DNA of 62,865 nt, the filler included, from Choristocarpus tenellus KU-1152 (Eukaryota > Protista > Phaeophyceae), in assembly GCA_964200185.2 (NCBI GenBank). It is 10 parts of 10 records of this genome, joined end to end, with 100 filler letters (N's around TTAATTAATTAA, not from the genome) between each part and the next. Parts side by side here need not be neighbours in the genome. Positions count along the whole stretch, not along the records: positions 1 to 11,379 come from CAXNAD020002357.1; 9 more parts are not named here. The stretch is one strand, 5' to 3'. Within the stretch, counting starts at the first letter, position 1, and the number at the start of each line of letters is the position of its first letter. The notes beneath the pieces are model-generated. The model did no database searches and was not told the origin of the DNA. It worked only from the letters and a program-made list of their open reading frames with translations. A program made the translations under genes and the position numbers. Positions 1 through 11,479 of the stretch are shown here, one piece after another.

Positions 1-52
1 AAGAGAGGAATGGGCGTTAATTGACGGGGGTAAAAGAGGATTGAGGTCGAGG

Positions 53-220
53 GGGTGGGGGGGGTGGGTGACGCTTCACCAAAGTTTCCATTTGGACCAC
101 ACCAGGAAAAATGCACTTTCATTATCCGTCCAACGTATGGAACCAAATCACCCTAAAATGGCGACAGGAAAAATTTAGCTCCAAATGGACAGCCACCACC
201 CCCCTCAAGTACTTTGAGCC
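53..220. mobile_element. MITE family A copy (degenerate)
   Basis: Similar to 54626-54802; ends CCCCCTCAAGTACTTTGAGCC. Confidence 0.8.
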
Positions 221-1506
221 TAACGCTGGATGGACTCTTCCTACATTGTGTGCTCCCCTGACTGCTGGTCGGAAATTTAGCTGCTTCAGCTGTCCTGGGA
301 GACATGACACCAGAGGAGGGAGGGTAGAGAGCAGAATGTGCAACCTTTTCAGACTGCTCTATTTCAACGATATATATAGAGAGTGGAAATATATATGCAA
401 AACTGTAGCAAGCCTTTCATTTGCCAAGGGAACTTTCCCAAATTGTATTCTATCAGACGCAGTTGAAGAACTATCCCGACTCGGGGACGCAAGAGCACAT
501 AATGACTGAAATATAGACTTAGGATCTATACAACACTCAAACTTCAGGTAGACCTAAGTCTTCTATGTGAGAGGCGCCAGGATAGCATTGCACGAAAAAG
601 AACAAATACACAAATAGAGCAGTTTACGTTTCACATTGAGTCAATAGTATACCTCCACGCTGTAATATGCTGCTCCTCCCTACAATCTCAATCACGATAT
701 TTTCAATCATGGTACTACTTGAGTGTGCGATTCCCATTTGGCACGCAAGATCCATCATTCATATATGAAACAGGAATGGTCTCCACATCTGCACCCCTCA
801 ACAAGGTGTTGCAAGAGCCACAAAGCATGATACCTCGAGGGGTACTAGCACTTCCAGCGTGGGTTCAGACTGCAAACAATTTATCGTCTGACCCCAAGGA
901 TACCTACGTATTGGTGTTCACACCAGGAATCCAGCCAGTGGTACAGGGGAAGCTGCACTGGACCAAGTCAGCAAGAGTTGCGAACGGTCCTACAGGGATA
1001 CCAGGATGGAAAGGATGAGCTTATCCCAAGTCCCCACTGACTCTAAGCATACCTTAAACTACATAGGATCAATGCGGTTACCCAAGAGGTGTTAAGAATG
1101 CCACTGAAAGACTAAGTGACTACTGTACAGTGCCCATAATCTTTACTCGATATTCTATTCTGTGATAAAAAGAGGCTTCATAGGCGAGATGGCTAACAAT
1201 GGACGCTGGATACATGGAGTGCTCAACTACCATACTCCTAGTACTCTACTACCATGTGATATTGTACGGTTGTAAATCATCATCCCCTCAATAATTCCAA
1301 TGATCTGGATGTATAACGTGGTTATCATCATGACATTGTTCTCAGGATGTTCATTCTAGGTCCACCACCACTCACTCTCACTCTCACTTCCCCTTGTAAG
1401 GTGGTTCAGAACTTATCCGTAATACCCAGATGTATATAAGCCTTCAGGTGCAAGACCACAAAACAGATGATACAAACACAACAAAACACTCTTCACGCAT
1501 TCTTAC

Positions 1507-4500
1507 CAATGTAGAAGCCATCAAGGAGGCTTGCCACGCGGAAATTCCCTCGGCCGTGAGCTTGCTCAAATGCAACTGTGGCATCGCTCCCCGCCTTGTC
1601 TAGAAGGATTTTGTACCCACCCGGATGCACAGTCAAGTACTTGGTGATGTCGTACACACCACCCCTAAACACTATCCAACAGGACTCAGCCGTGTGATGA
1701 GAGGCAATCTATGGAAGATATTATCGAGGCAGCAAAAAGAGCAATAGCAGGAGAGTGGTATCTGTGGGCTTAGCTATCTTTGTCACGTTTAAATTATTCC
1801 TTTGGTCACTTATTTTATTTTTGGCACACTCGACGGTTGACTTCAATTACCTGATCTGGGTATCAACTTCAAATTCAGAATGCACAAAAAGAAATGGCAT
1901 ACTACTGTAATATAAGAGGAAGGAGGAATTGACGAGAAATTATGTTGGGAAAACACCTCGACTTACATCAAGTATACTACTCTGGAGTGTATGTTACATA
2001 TAACTTTGCCGCCCTCAACCCGAGGCTCAACGAATCGGACATGGGATGATACAGCAGGACAGCAAATTTAATTTCTGTCCCACATACTCTCAAGTATGTA
2101 CAGCCTTTGGGAATGGGGATCGAGGGAACGGATGCTAAGAGCTTGAAGACAGTATCTGAGATAGAAATTAACTCGATAAAATAACACAATCTAGGATACC
2201 ACCAAAGAAATGGTATTTCCAAAAGAAAAAAAAGTTTCAAGTACTATTACAAAATTTGAAATTTACTGAGTATATACAGCATACAGATATATAGAGGACT
2301 AGCTGAACACTCAGCATTCTTTATGCCGATGTACAAAGAACTTCCAGCGATAATACCTCGGACCAATTGTATTCCATGTCTGTCACAGGTGGATGGCCAG
2401 AGTTGAACAGATCTATGCACAGGCGATCCTGGGCGATGAGCCTGGCAGCATAACGATCCCCTAGTTTCCTGAGGTTTTGTTGGAGAAAGTACCAGCTGAT
2501 ATTGTATAGTGGTTGGGCACACAGCTGGTATGCCTCACTGGTGATCTTGCGGGTGAATTCAGCCAAGATCGGCACACCACAAACATACCTGCCATACGAA
2601 GAAGGGAGGTTAGGGAGTTCACGTGAGTTGGAGCTCTAGCAAAAAAAATAATAATGTTCGGCCACGAATACAGGGCAAATGAAAGCATTTCCTGATCTTT
2701 CAAGCTAAGTGTGGCATCCTCCTTGTTTTTCCTCCCACGGGCAATTCAATCAATGAGGCGCATATAGGGTTGCCCCATATGGGGAGGTCTAAATGTCGGC
2801 GTGGAGACTGCCTATAGGGAAAAATTACGACTACCTTCATCTTTAACGCGAGGATGAGGTAAGATGCATCGACAAAGGACATTGTCGGGAAAAATATTTT
2901 GACTTCAAGGTCAGCTTTAAAGGAGCCAATCGAAACTCTTCTCCACGCCATGTTGTGCTCCAGTTAAATCAAAATACTCAAAGTGGTGCCTCTGCCTACC
3001 TACCTACGGAGGTGCTAGCTATTCTGTTCAAGTGACAACAGAGAGAGCCAAGAAAGTTATATCGTTTACAAGGGAAGTGCATTACGTTTCCGGAAAAGGG
3101 ATTTTGACATGCACTATATTTCGGGAATGAGATTTTGATACCAAAAGCAATTACAAAGGAATAAATCAAAAAATCTACACAATAGTATACTTTTCAGTAT
3201 TACATGTTGCGCTCGACATAATCTTAACATACGAAGTAGCCTAGCATGAAGCTACTCGACAAAGGAAGTCCTAGATCTACTTTTGACAGGACAATGTGGA
3301 AGAATTACGAAGACTGCCATGTACAAGGCACTACTTCCGCAATGATTTTAGTTTCATATTGGAATAGTCTATTATACAGCTGGGCATTGTCGGTCCTCTT
3401 GAGCGCTGGTACACATATGATTTCTTTTTTTTTCAAGGGTAGCCACTAAAAGCTCATCCAACGCACACCTGGGAAAAAACATTTAGCGATATAGGAAAGG
3501 ATATGCCAAACACTGAGGCTATTTCTGGCAGGGATTCTAGCATGTGCCCTCATCCAATTGTTCAATTGAACAGGACCAGGGGTGACCATTAAGAGAGAAG
3601 GATAATGGTCTATGAAAGAGATTGGCAACACAAAAATGGTTGTTCACTGGTTACTCGTGACAAGAATTTTCACGTAAAAGGGAGTATGTTCCCCCTCGTC
3701 AAAGCAGAATTGGTTCCAATAGATACTGACACTATCCCCCCCCCTTTTCTCCTCCCTCTCTCATCTTCACTGCTTCTTGAGATACACAGGTCACCCCCTT
3801 GACTTTATTTTGTCCCCCTTGACTTATTGGTAGCTAGCCTGGAGAATGCACAATCCACAGAGTCACGCACATTTCTCTAAGACAATACATCTTAACAGGT
3901 AATCACTATTCGTCGTTCCTTAGGAAACAATTGTACAGAATACGATTTGAATTACAATAATAGAGGGAAATGCGCAAGGAGGGGCTTGTTAGATTCTTGG
4001 GGTGCTTCCCTACCTCCTCACCCTGGGGTGCAACATAGATAGTAGGAAAAAAGGAAAAATATAACATTTTTCACATATGTGACAACTGTTACTTCTTTTG
4101 GGATTTTTAAGACATGTAAATAGTTTCATTAGTTTTCCCCCTAACAAATCTGCAAAACGTCAGAGGGCATAATAATAAAAATTACAGTAATATGTAATCG
4201 AAAGCATTGACAACGATCATATTTCATATCTTAGTGGGATAGAGAATCAATTCTGGGCTTTGATGTCCACATACTCCAGATGTTTTCTATATATTGGAGT
4301 TTTTATTAGAAAAGTTGTAAGTGTTCAAAGTTAGTGATTCCTTCTTGAAACGACAGGTGCTAAACCACCCCCCACCAACTATAATAGTATCACTTTTCTC
4401 TTTTCAACCATGATCACATTCAGTCACGGGGAATCGTGTGAGGCTCCCATCTCTTCTCTCTTCTTCCAATACTGACACACACAGCAGTCTAAAAATCTGC

Positions 4501-7500
4501 ACAACAATACCCTACACAGAATGCCATTCGTTCGTCCTTTCTCTAGGAACAAGGTTCTCCATCATCATGCTATTAGAATAAGGGTCCATTGGTTTTGTTG
4601 TGACTCACATGTGCCCTCCCATATCGAGCAAGTTCCACAGTCCACGAAGGTTCTCCTGACCTACCTTGGTGTTGCGGTCAAATAGGTTGTTGATACGTTT
4701 GCGCTCACCAGTCACGAATCGTATTTTCCACTCGCCATTCCCACATCCCTCCTCCCGAGCACATTCCCCGGCTGTGCCTTCTACGACCTTCATCTCCGTC
4801 CCAGATCTAGCACCCTCGTCCATAACTAAGTCTACATCCTCTCTGGAGAACGCTACCTTCAGCGTTACAAGCCCACTCCTAACATGCGGCATCCATGCGT
4901 CTTGAAAATAGAGCTTTTCCCGGCTCTGGACTCCCCACACCAGCCACACCTGGATATTAAGTGACAACCACGACAGATACAGATACAGTTTTGACCAGTA
5001 GTCGGCACACAAGCGTGTGCAACGATATTAAAACGTGGACTGTTTGGGTGGACAATTAGAACTTCATCAAACAGGAAAGTTGGTGGCAGCACTTCGTGAA
5101 AGTTTCTTAACAACAACGACTTTGGATAAATAACAAGAGAGAACACACACAAATCAGCAACAAAACATACAACCAAGGTTCTTACCTCTGTGAGCAACAT
5201 AGGAATCGTAAAAGGGGTGTGGAGTGGGAGTGGGGACCTGAAGAGTGGGACTCAATGTAGAAAAGACCACATACTTGCTCATGTGATTGCCAAGGTCGCA
5301 CAACCTATTCCCTCCCTTTGAAAAATGTTGAAAAATTGAAGATGAGAAGCCAACATCGTGACCAATATTTTAGTTGGCATGACTGCTTCAGCTCACCTCT
5401 CTCCGTATGTTCAACTTCTCTGATTGTGCTGCGATCTCCTGCAGGAATCCCATGAATGGTGCTACCCCAGTCCCTATGGATACCATCACAACTGGGACAG
5501 TTGGGTCCTCTGGCAAACGGAAATTTGGGGCTGGGGAGATGGCCGTGGGTAAACGCAGACCAGGAGCAGCACGGTCCAACAAAAGGTGTGATGCCGTCCC
5601 TGTTAGGTCTCCAGTCCCCTTTGGTGCCCCCAAGGCTTTCCACGTCCGATGACGAGGTCCAATCACCCCCTTCATAGCCTGGATCACTCTAGTCAGCTCC
5701 ACCAGCCACATTCTGACCCTGACGAATCTTCCCCCTCTCAAAGGCTTGTGCAGAAGAGCACAACACTTCTCAAGGATGGCTTTTTCAGAGTCGGTCCAAG
5801 TATGCTCAGTAGACAACCCCTTAACGGTGGAGTTGAGATATAAGGATGGATCCACAGTTTGCATTTTGGCTCCCTTAATTTTAACAACCGCAGATACAGC
5901 ACGCTTGACATGTTGTGCCACTGTAGGGTGATCTGTGGTGATGTTGTCAATGAATACCAACAGTGAAGAACGTTTCTGTGTTTTCGGAATTTCATCTGAT
6001 CGGAAAGGAGTGAAAGGTGCCGAAGTTGGTTTACATTCCTCCTCGCTTGTGGCACGGAGGATTTCGCCCGCTGTCCCTTGAAAAGGACCACCTTCTAATG
6101 GACGACATGCTGTAGATATACCCAAGGAGGCCTTAACACTATTCACCTCCTTGACCCCCCCACTGTTGCTGGTGGGTCCATTGGGCCTGCCACTCCTGTC
6201 CGCATATCTTGAGCAATCAAAGATCCAGGCTGGTCCAGTGATCCCATACCTTACCCGCCCCACCTGCTCAGACCAAAACCAACATCGAAACGTTGTTGAG
6301 ACAAAAACAACAAGCCAAACGTTGGTTGAGGTAGCTGTAAGGCAAGGGGGCAGGTAGCATTTTCCTATTAGCCACAGTCCACGTCACACAAACATGAACA
6401 GTCCACCATGCTCTCGGATCATAAAAACAGTACCAAGGAGGCACGAAGGAGACTACTGTGCCTGCATTGTTCTAGGGCCGTACTAGAGCGTGCATGATAC
6501 CTCTGATTTATCTAAGCCAGTGACGGGAAGGCAGCATTGCACTCACAACAATCGAAAGCTCCTCAGGGGCAGTTGAAGGATTAGGTGCAGAGGCAATGGA
6601 GTACTCTCTTCGGCGTAGCGGGGGCAGGATGAATGCAAGCTGCTGCAGTAGTGTATGCCCTGGTGAGACATATGAGGTTGCAGAGACGAATGACACAAAA
6701 GTGGCAAAATCCGTCTGGCATAGAAGGAGAAGGGAAGGCTTAGTGCGGTGAAATCAACAGTTGGCTTGTGCAGCAATCTTGCAAGCAATGAACTCATGTT
6801 CAACAGCAAGAGACAACGCCTTCCCAACTCTCGAGACAAGCACGATATACCCAGTCCAATTCTAAGTTGACTATCAATTATTTGAAGCAATACTGTCAAA
6901 CTTTAAATGAAACTAGCAACGTGGACGTATTCCTCATAACTGCTGCTGCTAGTACTACTGTAATGATATTGTGGGTTTGATATCCAAATTTAGTCTCATC
7001 ACATGTAACTCGCAGAGATGTACCTATACAGTGAATCGCATGAAGCACCTGCCAAAGACGATGATAGTTCCGAGTGACGAAGGAGCTTGTGCAGTACATG
7101 GCCTTCATTGTGCCCTCTGCAATATCACGTGTCATAGGATGTAGGGTCGCATGTTTTAGGAACTCATACAGTGGGAGGAATTCCTTGCCACCACTTATTT
7201 TGACGGAAACAACTTGTCTATCCCTGCACTCCTGTTTCCACTCATTAGTCAGGGGTATCAGGATTGCTCCATCCTGGTCCACGCATTGCAGTGCAAGAGC
7301 GTGGGTGGCGAAGAAGATTAGTTTTAGGGCCGTGTCTAGGGGGGTTGATCGAAGATTCAATAGCAGGGCTGAGTGAAAGTATCTTAGAGGGTACGATTTC
7401 TGCCCTGTTAGTACATTTGGGGCTTGGCTTCTCGCAGGTTTTAATGACATTTCACCTACTCCAAAATGTTTCAGAGTAGGTAAAAATGTATATGTTATGA

Positions 7501-10379
7501 AAAGGAGTGTCCAGAACAAGGACATTGACATCTCCTAATAAACATGATAGCCAAAATAACATCAAAATTGCAACAATGGATTTTGGCCCCCAAATGGACG
7601 CGGCTCTACCCTCTAAGATACTTTGACTCGGCTGTAGGAGATGTTGTGTTGAACAGTAGAGGAGAAAGTGCAATAGCAAGTATGTATGAATAGATCATAC
7701 AAATTGTGCTTGTGGTTTATGGTTTGATAGTTCATAATGAATCTGGGGGGATCTGGGAGAACAGGTTGGGGGGGACTCAGAGAGTCTGAGAGATCAAATG
7801 AAAGGTTGAACCATAATAGGTCCCCTTCACATATTTGTCCCCTCACCTCGCCAACGGCGTCCAGTGTCTCATCCACTAGGTTTTCACTGTTGGACGGCAG
7901 CACAGATAGACGATCTCCAGGATGAAACAAGAGTCCTGTCCCCCTCATGTTGAAGGTCACAACCTTGGCATCTGTTCCGGGCAATGCTGCCACCCGTTTC
8001 ACCTAAGGGGTAGGGCACAGATAGACACCGTACAGCCTATGTACACTTCGTGCTGTTCGGTATGTACATTGATTATAAAGTTATCTTTTTTCTTGTCATT
8101 CCTTTTTCATACCAATATGTGCCTAGGCGCAACTGCTCCAACTCCGACAACAAACGCAGTGGGGAAAGAGCGAATGCCACCCCAAAGGCACTGCTATCTT
8201 TGAGAAAACTCTGATGGTACTGGAGAGCGATGGAGCCACTGAAATGTAAGAACTTGGAAAATACTTTGAATTATACATCAAAAGTAATTACTGTATCTAT
8301 AGAAAATCTTTGTGGCACAGATGTAGAAAGTACTCAAGACAAAAAGAAGTGTTCACATGTGAGTTCCAACAGGGCTCAGAATATCTGTCCAAAATGAAAA
8401 CAAAACCAACACAAACCCACGTTTTATACCTTCTTTCCACCTGATTAGCTCTCAACGTTTCAAACACAGAAAGGGTGTCCTCACTTTTAATTGGACCCAA
8501 CCTATCACTGGTTGAAATTAACGGAGGGATTAAGGATGATCATCCCATAAAATAAATAATAATAATAATAATAATAATAATATACAAAATCGTATCAGCA
8601 AAAAATAGTACTAATAATAACAATATTACAAATATTAATAGTAATAATATATCAATACAACTAATAATAGTAGTAGTACGAATGATTGTAATAAAAGTAA
8701 TTCTAGTAGGAATAGCAATAGCAACAGCAATAGCAGTAACAATAGTAGGAATAGGAATAGCAATAGCAATAACAATAGCAATAACAAATAGTAACAGTAA
8801 TAGTAAAAATAATAGCAATATCAATAATAATAGTAAAAATAATAGTAATAGTGATACTATATATTCGAGACAGAGCTGAAATTATAGTGAGCCTGCACAG
8901 ATCACACTCACAGTCTAAGTCTGTCATAGCTTTGTGTTCCACTCCTTACCTGATGAGAAATCATAACCAACAGTCAAAATTTGTTACCTCACAGTATCAT
9001 ACTAATGGGGTACATGCTTCAAGTGGAATTCTGATCAATGATTTTGGTGGGGTCATCAATATCACGTGCTTGTCAAGATTCTGATCTTGGACTCGAAATA
9101 TCTGTTCAACGTTGTGCAAGAAAATCTAGAAGGTTGCACATATTTTAACACAAATCATAGGAAACAAAATCAGTACATTTATCTACCTTCACACATATTC
9201 ATGCACCAAGCAGCCTGCTAACCAGCTTGGGGTAAATGTGGGAACTCGAGTGCTTGCTTCCAAGTATGTGCTCAATATGTTGCCTGCATAAGAGAACCTG
9301 GTCTTATACACTCTTCCGTCACCCACCTTCCTGCAGGACTTGGGGTAATAGCTTATGGATGAAAGCAAAGAAATGTGAACTACTCCTATCAATCACACCT
9401 GCACACTTGTATATGTGCGGGACCCAACCACCATCCGCTGGCGCTCAGTCATCGCATCAAGCATGAACCGGTTAACCGTGAGCCATGGCCGGGACTGCCA
9501 TCCAACATCAAGCTTTGTACCAGCAGCTGTTTTTGTCCGTCCAGTCTTGGTTGCTACCTCGATAAATCCAAATATTTTTAGGCGATGAACCTTGGGTTTG
9601 AGTTGGGAGAAGAACATATCGTGGGCGGAAGGAGAGAGGAGGTGTTGGGTGAGTTGGACTGCACATCACTTGCGTGTGATGTTGGATGGAGATTGCTCGA
9701 ACAAAGGCTCTATAAATTGAATTTCAATTGACCCCTGGATGAAATACAAATAGGTGAGTCAAAGTATCTTAGAGGGTAGAGCCGCGTCCATTTGGGGGCC
9801 AAAATCCAATGTTGCAATTTTGATGTTATTTGGCTATCATGTTTGTTAGTAGATGTCAATATCCTTGTTCTGGAACCTTTTCATAACGTATACATTTTAC
9901 CTACTCTGAAACATTTTGGAGTAGGTAAAATGTCATTATAAACCTGTGAGAAGCCAAGCCCCAAATGTACAAACAGGGCAAAAATCGTACCCTCTAAGAT
10001 ACTTTCACTCCGGTTTTATGTTGACATTGGGCAGGATTAAAAGATACGGTTTTATGGCACTCTTCGCATTACATCATCGTACACTACAGGATAATGCAGC
10101 AGGGTGTGAAGACACAAAAGAGACTCAGCTCTGACATCAGCGACAAGGCAGTGAAATATCATGTGGTCGGACATCGACCGTGAAGCAGGAACTCCACATT
10201 GTGGAACATGCATTTTTTTCTTAAACTTGCTCACCTCCAGGAATCCAAATGAGCCCTCCTTGCCCACGAACAGGCTATGCACCTCCCTGAACATGTTGCG
10301 GAACTCCTGGCCATCTGTGAGCTCAATATATGACAGCAGGGAGACTGCTCGCACTGCCTTGAAAAAATCTCGATGGAGC
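1507..10379 (-). CDS. Multi-exon fusion protein: IDO/PrnB-like haem dioxygenase + CPR/NOS-like FAD- and NADPH-binding reductase + cytochrome b5 (5' and 3' ends not fixed)
   Basis: Exons 10379-10235, 9590-9399, 8002-7847, 7273-7049, 6714-6547, 6263-5397, 4949-4609, 2588-2357 and 1708-1507 all have AG/GT boundaries and join in phase (2528 nt, about 842 aa). IDO-like C-terminal helices with the proximal His: LHRDFF...GFLE|[13 protein letters not shown]...TAAG. FAD binding: [31 protein letters not shown] binding: [39 protein letters not shown]|YVCG, RLCIDLF. Cytochrome b5: [23 protein letters not shown]...[11 protein letters not shown]. Further 5' exons are likely within 10577-11100 or lost at the gap; the last exon may start at 991. 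Confidence 0.88.
7371..7629. mobile_element. MITE family B, complete, intronic
   Basis: TIR GAGTGAAAGTATCTTAGAGGGTA...TACCCTCTAAGATACTTTGACTC, flanked by the 4-bp direct repeat GGCT. Confidence 0.92.
8550..8855. repeat. Low-complexity AAT/AGT/AGC trinucleotide mosaic (intronic)
   Basis: Degenerate runs of aat, aatagc and aatagt. Confidence 0.85.
9756..10010. mobile_element. MITE family B, complete, intronic, inverted relative to 7371-7629
   Basis: Same TIRs; flanks are AGGT/CGGT (4-bp TSD with one mismatch). Confidence 0.92.
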
Positions 10380-11168
10380 CTGCCAAACAGATAAGAAAGC
10401 CCTCCGTAGTCAGTACTACATATTACGTAGTACGTACATACTGTGTAAATAGCGAATACTTATCGAATTAAGGATGTCACACTCCGAGTCAAACCTGCAA
10501 GGGTTATACACCTCTTGGTCAGGGTGCAGGTGAAAGATGAGTTAGAGGAAACACAACTTTGATGAAATTGATTTACCTACTGGGATAGTCTGTTATCAGC
10601 TGAGCACTATCAACAGATTGTTGCGCCATAGTGTATCATGAACCACACTACCACGCATATGTACTGATCTCAGATGGAAGAGGCAAACAACAAAGGGAAC
10701 CATCTCATTTTGAACTTAAGCTGAGTACTCAGGAGCAATCTTTTAACACCAGCAGTCATTGATTCAAAACCCATCATCACGTCTACATCGGACACTATTT
10801 GACCCTCGTGTCCAAATTTATAGGTGTACAATGTCCAAATAGATAGGATGAGATTATTTTCAGTCATTTTCTCTAGAGCCTATCACTGATATCTGTTTTC
10901 ATGAATCCATTTAAGCCCGTACCTCAACACTACTTGTGCGCAGCACACGCTTGTCCGGAATGTTTTCTTGCTCGATATTTGAATTGAAGAATGGGGTCAA
11001 ATACGGTAGAAACCTATAGGCACCATACACCAGTATAAGTCGTCCGAGTACACAAAAATCTGGCTTTACACACCTGCCATAATTGTGGGCACACCTCGAG
11101 GCAACAATGGACTGTACAGAACACACATATATATAGACAACACATGCAATAAGTACCCTCCCAACACC

Positions 11169-11335
11169 GACCCAAAGTATCTGGGGGGGGTGGCGGCTGT
11201 CCATTTGGGGTCAATTTTTTCATATCGTGATTTTGGGTAATTTGGTTGCACATGACGGATGGATAGCGAAAGTGCACTTTTCCTGGTTTTGGTTCAAAAA
11301 ATGGACACCCTGGTGTAGACCCCCCCCCTCCCCAC
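11169..11335. mobile_element. MITE family A copy
   Basis: GACCCAAAGTATCTGGGGGG...AATGGACACCCTGGTGTAGACCCC; lies next to a gap. Confidence 0.85.
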
Positions 11336-11379
11336 ATATTTCGGGTCACACCTAAATACATTATCAAGAAACGGAATCG

Positions 11380-11479
11380 NNNNNNNNNNNNNNNNNNNNN
11401 NNNNNNNNNNNNNNNNNNNNNNNTTAATTAATTAANNNNNNNNNNNNNNNNNNNNNNNNNNNNNNNNNNNNNNNNNNNN
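11380..11479. other. Artificial 100-nt contig linker (also at 17424, 30091, 32945, 35638, 41572, 45443, 54498, 59792)
   Basis: Identical N44-TTAATTAATTAA-N44 (stops in all frames) occurs nine times. Confidence 0.97.

Noticed and set aside
111-509. 132-aa ORF and similar ORFs at 10911, 41753, 54598, 58845 and 59584
   Set aside because: They begin in or span MITE family A sequence; the recurring WTATTPP peptides are repeat translations.
8540-8942. Hydrophobic 'membrane protein' ORFs
   Set aside because: Translations of a trinucleotide low-complexity tract inside an intron.
1507-10379. Nitric oxide synthase, nitrate reductase or cytochrome P450 reductase annotation
   Set aside because: No NOS oxygenase Cys-haem motif, flavodoxin domain or Moco domain was seen, and b5 lies C-terminal to the reductase.
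10577-11100. Specific upstream exons for the IDO-like domain (e.g. GQIVSDVDVMMG, DYPSR)
   Set aside because: Suggestive of IDO motifs, but a unique phase-consistent splice path could not be established by eye.
11424-11435. Recurrent TTAATTAATTAA as a biological motif
   Set aside because: Always centred in N runs; it is an assembly linker.
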